NCBI GenBank assembly: GCA_964016885.1
Contig: OZ024747.1
Location: 58,466,001-58,530,000, forward strand
Source of the DNA: Eledone cirrhosa
Lineage: Eukaryota
Direction: 5' to 3'
DNA length: 64,000 nucleotides
Shown: positions 54,799 through 64,000 of the stretch, one piece after another
Numbering within the stretch: the first letter of the stretch is position 1
How the letters are laid out: each line of letters begins with the position of its first letter
Notes under the pieces: model-generated
The model's database searches: none
What the model was told of the DNA's origin: nothing
The model's input: the letters and a program-made list of their open reading frames with translations, nothing else
Made by a program: the position numbers and the translations under genes

Positions 54799-54904
54799 AT
54801 ATATATCAACTCGTGTGTTACCTTTCTACATTCGATATATATATATATGTGTGTATGTGTGTGTGTGTATGTGTGTGGTGTGCGTGTGTGTGTGTGTGTA
54901 TGTA

Positions 54905-55012
54905 TCGGGTTCAATCGAGAGTAAACACAGTTAGTAGGGTACTCAATATATTAGTACAGTGTATACAACACAATTTAATATGGAAATGGCTTCTACAGGT
55001 CTCCAAATTTCA

Positions 55013-55016
<4 letters not shown>
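54905..55016 (-). mobile_element. Family A 3' fragment
   Basis: Reverse complement gaatgaaa...cctgtagaag...tattgagtaccctactaactgtgtttactctcgattgaacccga matches 21074-21180. Confidence 0.7.
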
Positions 55017-55053
<37 letters not shown>

Positions 55054-55055
<2 letters not shown>

Positions 55056-55441
55056 TTTCTGAATTTGTTTAGCAAGATTCTTTATCTGAAAACGTGTGTT
55101 GAAACCGATATTGTTATGCTTTGTGACGGTCATGTTGCCAATAAGAAACACACGCACCAGTTGCTTTCACTCCAATTTATTGTAATTTAAATTTATAAAT
55201 TTGAGAATTTATAAATTTCCGGTTGGTTGGTTGGTTCCATAACCGGACGGTTGTTCATATATTGTCGAAGTTCTTTCGGCACACATTATGTGACCTCTTC
55301 AGTGATTGGAGATTCTTTTCTTCGTGTTGTGCCTCTCCTTTGTTCTGTCTTACGCCATCTTATAATAAATTGGAGTGAAAGCAACTGGTGCGTGTGTTTG
55401 TTATTGGCAACATGACCCCCCCCCCCCCCAAGCATTACAAT
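55054..55441. mobile_element. Family D element with inverted 3'-end duplication
   Basis: 55111-55180 is inverted relative to 55365-55440; minus-strand HHR at ~55263-55305 (CTGAAGA-G-GTCACA(TAATG)TGTGCC-GAAA-GAAC-TT); homologous to 43363-43610. Confidence 0.8.
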
Positions 55442-56333
55442 ATATATATATATATATATATGAAATACACCTGTAGATCCAAGCAGCAGCCATGTTACGC
55501 ACAGTGTCGCGCTGAGTCTCCACATAATGGTTACTAATGTATTTCAAATATTCAAAAAATTGCATGTTAATTACACTGGTATAGTCTACCGTCGCAGAAG
55601 GTCACACAAACACAACATTCCTTTTTTGAGACAACTCAAGAAGCTGATCAGATACAAAACGTTGCCATTGGTTTACATTATTTATCACCGTAGTTATATT
55701 TTTTTTTGAGATCCTCAAACTTTCATCATTTGAAGCGATTTTTAAAAAAACATAGGTAACATAATGAATGGAGGTGACACAGCATGACCTCAGTCCGTCG
55801 GCTGGAACACGTAAGAGAGTAATAGAGTTACAGAAATATTGAATGATATTTTGTTTATGCTTTTGTATTAGTTTCGAGACATTCTGATGTGAAATTGTCT
55901 GCTGAAACAACACACATAGACGTATTTTGGGATGGTTAGGCTGCCATTTAAAACAGACGCAAATAATGAGGAAATTAATCCACCCATCAGTTAGTTAATC
56001 ATCCAATCAGTTAAGTAATTGTCAAAGCTCATTCATTAATCAAAGAGTCTGTGACATTATCGATATTTTTTCTGTGTATCTCAAACACGTTATCAGTTAA
56101 TTCTGCTTCGAATTTACTCCATATTTTTTTTCTGACATTGTCTTACAGTCTGCAGATTGTGGTGTGCGCATGCGTACGTCGAACCACATGCTCATGTATG
56201 TTATCTTTATTGCTTTCTCTGCTGCTGCTGTCTTTTTCTCCCTCTCTATATCCCTCCTCTCTCTCTCTATATATATATATATATCTATATATATATTTAG
56301 AATTTCGCTTCGACCATAGCTCTATACAAATAT

Positions 56334-56777
56334 GTATTTGAATTTCGTATTTCTAAAGAAGTACGGTATGTTTACATATAAATATTTAGAAAGCCATAGC
56401 TATGAATGATACTGGCAGCTAACGCTACCAAACTGTGCTCGGTAGAAGCAAGGGGTAAAATCTTCGTTGAAATGCGCACTCAACTGGTACGCATCAGGAC
56501 GTTCTCTCACGCTGTTGCCACTGCCGAACAGGCGAAAATATATAGTCTTTCGTCTGTGTAAATGAGGTGATTAATCTCATTTGTATATGAAGCTGTATAA
56601 GTTGCCTCAACTTAATATAGAATATAATTAGCTTCGAATGCATCGACGATTGTCCCCCTAGCCCCTGCCGAGCACCGCTTGGTGGAGTTAGCTGCCAGTA
56701 TCATTCAGAGCTATGGCTTTTTAAAGGTTGACTTCTAAACATGCCGTATTTCTTTAGAAATACGAAATTCAAATACT
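56334..56777. mobile_element. MITE-like element with ~135-bp diverged inverted repeats
   Basis: gtatttgaatttcgtatttctaaagaa...gatactggcagctaac (56334-56470) is inverted at 56640-56777. Confidence 0.75.
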
Positions 56778-57525
56778 ATATTTAAAATAAGACAGTATAG
56801 ATTTGCAATACATATATCAGACAGTTAAGTTTTTAAGCATTTAGTAATATACATCATATATATTAATAAATTAATCAAAGCTGGACTGCAAGCCTAAGTA
56901 TAGTATACCAACAACCTATTGCTACATAAATTAGTTATTTTAAGATAATAAATATAGTGCAGCGGTATTAACCATCGAATCATATTGTGATATATGGATA
57001 TGTCTTGCACGACGCTTACTTGTGAACGCAGGTGCCTTAGTGGCTTGTGTGTAGGACTCAGGAACGTAAGGTCATGCGTCGTTTCCTTGAGGAAGATGCT
57101 TTTTTTACTCTGCTACTCCGGACATCAGTTGCGAACGACATGTACTGTTAATGGACTAATGGATAGATGAATTCCCTTGCTCGACCCGACTATCACCTCT
57201 TTCCTTTCCTTTTAATGGTACAAAAGTCAAACTTTGTATATTTCATAAATGATTCTGGAATCCAATGAAACCAAACAGTGTAACATGAACCTATAGTTGC
57301 ATCTGTATGCTCCAGTCATCCCACCCCTCTTCCACTCACTATTATCTAGGCACACATAAGTACATAAACCCACATTAAGAGGTGCAACATGGTTTTAATC
57401 CGGCAGCGTCTCATCATAAGGGAATAAATAATTTACCATACAAGATGGGATTTACAGCTTCGGAATACCTAAGCATAAACATGAATAATAATAAAAAAAA
57501 TGCAGCAGCAGCGCCACAGCAGCAA

Positions 57526-57526
57526 C

Positions 57527-57594
<68 letters not shown>

Positions 57595-57686
57595 AGGTGG
57601 TGGCAGTAGTAGTATAGGTGGTAGCAGTAGTAGTAGAGGTAGTAGCAATAGTAGTAGAGGTAGTAGCAGTAGTAATAGTAACAGTA
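57526..57686 (+). repeat. (TAG)n trinucleotide tract
   Basis: Directly visible; source of the poly-S and poly-T ORFs. Confidence 0.95.
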
Positions 57687-58429
57687 AGGAAAACTAATAC
57701 TGGAATAGCGGTTGTAAATAAAAGAGAATACGATTGTATTCGCCTGCAGTAAACAATAAAGTGTACATTATCATTCATTATTATTTCATGATGTTGCTTG
57801 TAAAGTATTTCCATACGTCATGAACAAAAGTAGAAACAAAACGATTTGGAAATAAGATAATATTTGTTTTGATATTTTCCTTTTCTATTTATTATTTTGT
57901 TTTTATTATTAAAAAAAAAACAACTTTTCTATTCATTTACGATTGCACAAAGAATGGATGTGTTGTTTTGCTTACCGTATTAGTCTGAACTGGAATGCTT
58001 AAATAGTAGATGTATTGTATGTGTTTAAGAATACATGTGTTGTAACAAAGGTTTAACAATATGTACATAGCACTGCATCTACTAATGAAATTTATTACAA
58101 TAGTGACACCCCGTACAGATGAAAGCAATTTTGACGCGAAATGTTTAGAAAAAAGCAAAAGTAATAAAATGCAGAAGCAACATATACAAACAGGTAAAAA
58201 GTTGTAAAAGAAACAACGAAAAGAATAAAGATGTGAAGTAGATTTAGAAAGTGTATATATAATTAATGAAAACCAGTCGACACATGAAAACGAATGACAA
58301 AGTAAGTTGTTTTTTTAAATACAATCTTGCATTATATATGTTTTCTTCATATTTTTGAACTCTCATCCGTAATTAAAAAATAAACTTACACACAATCCCA
58401 CAAGTAGTCAAACAAAAACATATGAACAA

Positions 58430-60746
<2,317 letters not shown>

Positions 60747-60904
60747 CATGGTTATTTGTATGTACGAATGGGTAGGTGTCTGTATGGATCAGTGGATGCA
60801 GGCATGTCTTTGTATTCATCTATAGGCATCTTTATGCTAATAAATATGTGTATTATAAACTTTAAAACCAAAACAACGAATGAGCAAACTAAAATTAAAT
60901 GTGA

Positions 60905-60939
<35 letters not shown>

Positions 60940-61823
60940 TAATAATAATAATAATAATAACAAAAATACTAATATATGAAAGTAAAAATGAAAATGATAC
61001 AAAAGAGAGAATACTTAATAGGTATCTATGTGCATTCAATGGAAGCATTACGCATGCGCATATGAACTGTTTACAAGCTGAATATTGTTTCCATATTTTT
61101 CGAAATTGTTTCGTTATAGATGTTGTTACTACTGTTGCTGTTATTGTTACGTTTGTTATTTACTTGGAACAAAGCGAGCGACGTACGTTATAGGTCGGCG
61201 CCGATTGAGAACAAACACCTACTGAAAAAAAAAACTGATAGAGAATGGAAAATGGTTTGAAGCGAATGGTAACACGTGTAAAGAGGTAATTCTCGTTTGA
61301 GAAAGTGAATTACACGTAATTAGGAAACAACGTACAATCGAATAATAATTTTCATTTTTTTACCATCGTTCTACATACATACTTATACATAAATTATCTG
61401 TCTATCTCTTTCTCTTTCTGTCTTTATCTCCCGAAGGCAATAATGTTTATCTCGGTCGCTTTGTATTTAACCCGATTGCAACCTATTTCTAATTAACGAC
61501 ATTTTGATGAATGAAAACTCCAAAATGAAATATCTACTGACTTGTGTTTACATCTTTTTGGGGGGAAACGTAAAAAGGAATGCCCTGGTTTGGATGTATT
61601 CATGTCATCAAGTTCGCAATTGTCACTGGTTATTTAAATATGGTTGCATAAACAGTATCATATGTATCGTACACGGTCATGCCACAATAACCTAACAATT
61701 TACAGATTTCTTATATGAGAGAGCTATAATAATTATATATAAACGCACACGCGCATATGCACTCACACACACACACTCGCATTAATGCATGTATATATGT
61801 ATGTATATATACATACATATATA

Positions 61824-62145
61824 TATAGTGAAAAGATAACAAGGGCGATTAGTCTTTCATTACATTTATTGGTTGGTGACGCGCGTTTTGCCACTGATCA
61901 GCTCAAGGTTCGATCTGTATCAATCTTACCCGACTCTGTAATCTGCAACTCGACGGACCCCTTGAAATGCTAGTAGAAAATGAATACATGCTACATGATA
62001 AAGTCAGAAGTTCATATGTCAGTCAATAAAGTTTGTTTTGATTGGGCAATAGTTCATAGGGATGTTTTTGACTGGCCAAACGCGCGTCACCAATCAATAA
62101 ATGTAATGAAGGAGTAACCAATGTCCTTCTTATCTTTTCACTATA
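61824..62145. mobile_element. Inverted-arm element with hammerhead 3'-half relics
   Basis: 61824-61893 inverted vs 62073-62145; each arm reads AAA-CGCGCG-TC-ACCAA then AATAAA and ends cttttcactata. Confidence 0.6.
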
Positions 62146-62268
62146 ATACACTCTGTATAGCTCTACACCTCGACACTGAAGTGAACCTAAACATCGAGTG
62201 CTCATCCGGGTGAACTCGAGTGAACCTACAGTAATACCAAGTTACACCGCCTGGATATATATATATAT

Positions 62269-62706
62269 ACTAGACTTGAAAAATGCTCAAGCTCAAAAGA
62301 ACCACAGAATGTTATAATAACCCTTCAAAAGTGTGGGACTAGAGTTGTTGCTCAAAAATATTGTAATCATTATCTATAGTACACTCTGTGGCATCCTTTT
62401 ATAAAAAAAGAGACTCATAACGAACTCAAGACGACACGATAATTATTTAAGCTAATGTTCAATAACTCATATTAGATGTTTAGTAATGATTAATACGAAA
62501 TGCACTTAAATCGAATTCTATATTATAAATTCACTTAAATAATTATCGTGTCGTCTTGAGTTCGTTATGAGTCTCTTTTTTTATAAAAGGATGCCACACT
62601 GTGTACGATTACAATATTGTTGAGCAACAACTCTAGTCGCACACTTTTGAAGGTTTATCATAACATTCTATGGCTCTTTTGAGCTTGCGCATTTTTCAGG
62701 TCTAGT
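62269..62706. mobile_element. MITE-like long inverted repeat
   Basis: Arms 62269-62451 and 62534-62706 (actagac...gtctagt), 82-nt spacer, TA-rich flanks. Confidence 0.8.
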
Positions 62707-63217
62707 TTATATTTTTTTAAGGCAACGCTTGTAATAACACTAGTTAAACGTGACATATATTAATAATAAATTATCGTTGTAATGTAATTAGATTATATAA
62801 TTGTTATTTTATAAATGATCTTATTAATATTATTGTAAGATGTATAAAAGTATTTTCAAACTTTTAAAAGTTAATATAAATTTTAAAAAATCATATATAA
62901 ATTAACAATATAACTTACCAAAACAAGAAAAATATTTTGATGATAAACGACGAAATACTGGAGGAAGATTCGAATGCGAAACGATAAATAACCGTGGAAA
63001 CAAAGTGGCGGATGCTTTTGACCAACAATTACTCTCGTTGGTTGAGTAGCCAATAAGACGATGAAATTAGCCAATAAGACGATGCATTACAAAACATGTT
63101 TGGGAGACATCACCACGGCCAGCGATACCCTTTGAATGTTTTATTCACAAGCAACGCATATATGTCAGAAGACACGCAGACATAAAACATTCTGTTGTTA
63201 GTCACTGCGTGTCTAAC

Positions 63218-63294
<77 letters not shown>

Positions 63295-64000
63295 CATGTC
63301 AAACTAAGAAGTAATCTTATTCCTTACCATGTGTGTCAGTTAATGGGAACTGAAAATTTACTACGTCAGGTAGTTATACTGGATTGAAAACTTTGCAAGC
63401 TTCATTTATGTACAGCATATATTGTTAATAACTATGTCACTATCAGATGTAACTTAACAACATCATTAGTGAAAATTCAAAATCTGTAATTAAGCGGTTT
63501 AAAAAATGTATCCTATGCATGAACAATACAATATGTTTACTCAAAAGCTTGATATGTTGAACAAGACATGAGACTTGTACTATAAAGTTATATATGAAAG
63601 TAATCATATGTTGTAGCAATTCTATTTGCCAACAAGGTATATATATGTATGTATTTATTTATGTATGTATGTATGCATGCATGTACGTATGTAGGTTCTT
63701 CTGGTTTTATAATTTCACAAATTTTTACCAATAGAGAGAGAGTCGGTTTCTAACATAGACACAAGACTCTCTCATTGGAATTTACACAAGCTCAACTAGG
63801 TAGATTATGTATGCATGCCTGGATGCATGCATGTGTAGATATGGATGTTATTGGTTGTGTGGATGTGTATTTTTGAGTTGTATGTGTGTATGCTTTGTAT
63901 CTGTACATGTGTATATGCAGTTATAAGATACAATATTTTTGGCATGTTTTACATATTTTTACTGTTCCATTAATGGATTGTACTTGTAATTTCCTAACTA

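Noticed and set aside
55082-55117. Possible antisense hammerhead CTGAAAACGTGTGTT-GAAA-CCGA-TA-TTG, which would make family D ambisense and explain its recurrent breakpoint
   Set aside because: Core incomplete and stem I absent here and at 51815-51835; TA microhomology explains the breakpoint more simply.
57452-57814. Poly-Thr / poly-Ser mucin-like ORFs
   Set aside because: Translation of a (TAG)n microsatellite.

Overview
AT-rich, gene-poor eukaryotic (animal) DNA, intergenic or intronic, saturated with (TA)n/(CA)n/(GA)n microsatellites. The repeat complement (tRNA-derived SINEs with a Nin/Deu-type core, several Penelope-like element families, RTE derivatives) suggests a mollusc, probably an octopus; this is inference. 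No host protein-coding gene could be supported, and almost all ORFs in the track are microsatellite translations. Recognisable content: a decayed Neptune-type Penelope-like element (PLE; RT + GIY-YIG) at 8.7-10.7 kb with two 3' fragments, fragments of other PLE lineages (23.2-23.9, 43.4-43.8, 53.1-54.8 kb), two CRE-like restriction-endonuclease C-termini, RTE fragments, about 17 copies of one SINE family, a hAT MITE with an 8-bp TSD and other long inverted repeats. Main observation: many 100-500 bp 'islands' between (TA)n arrays carry type-I hammerhead ribozyme (HHR) motifs (about 20 intact or degenerate motifs from several sequence families). Several are non-coding fold-back palindromes placing two hammerheads head-to-head on opposite strands (20985-21119, 50318-50803, 8340-8695, 10883-10976). 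This looks like a (TA)n-targeting set of PLE-derived, ribozyme-bearing mini-elements. All calls are by eye; no searches or folding programs were run.
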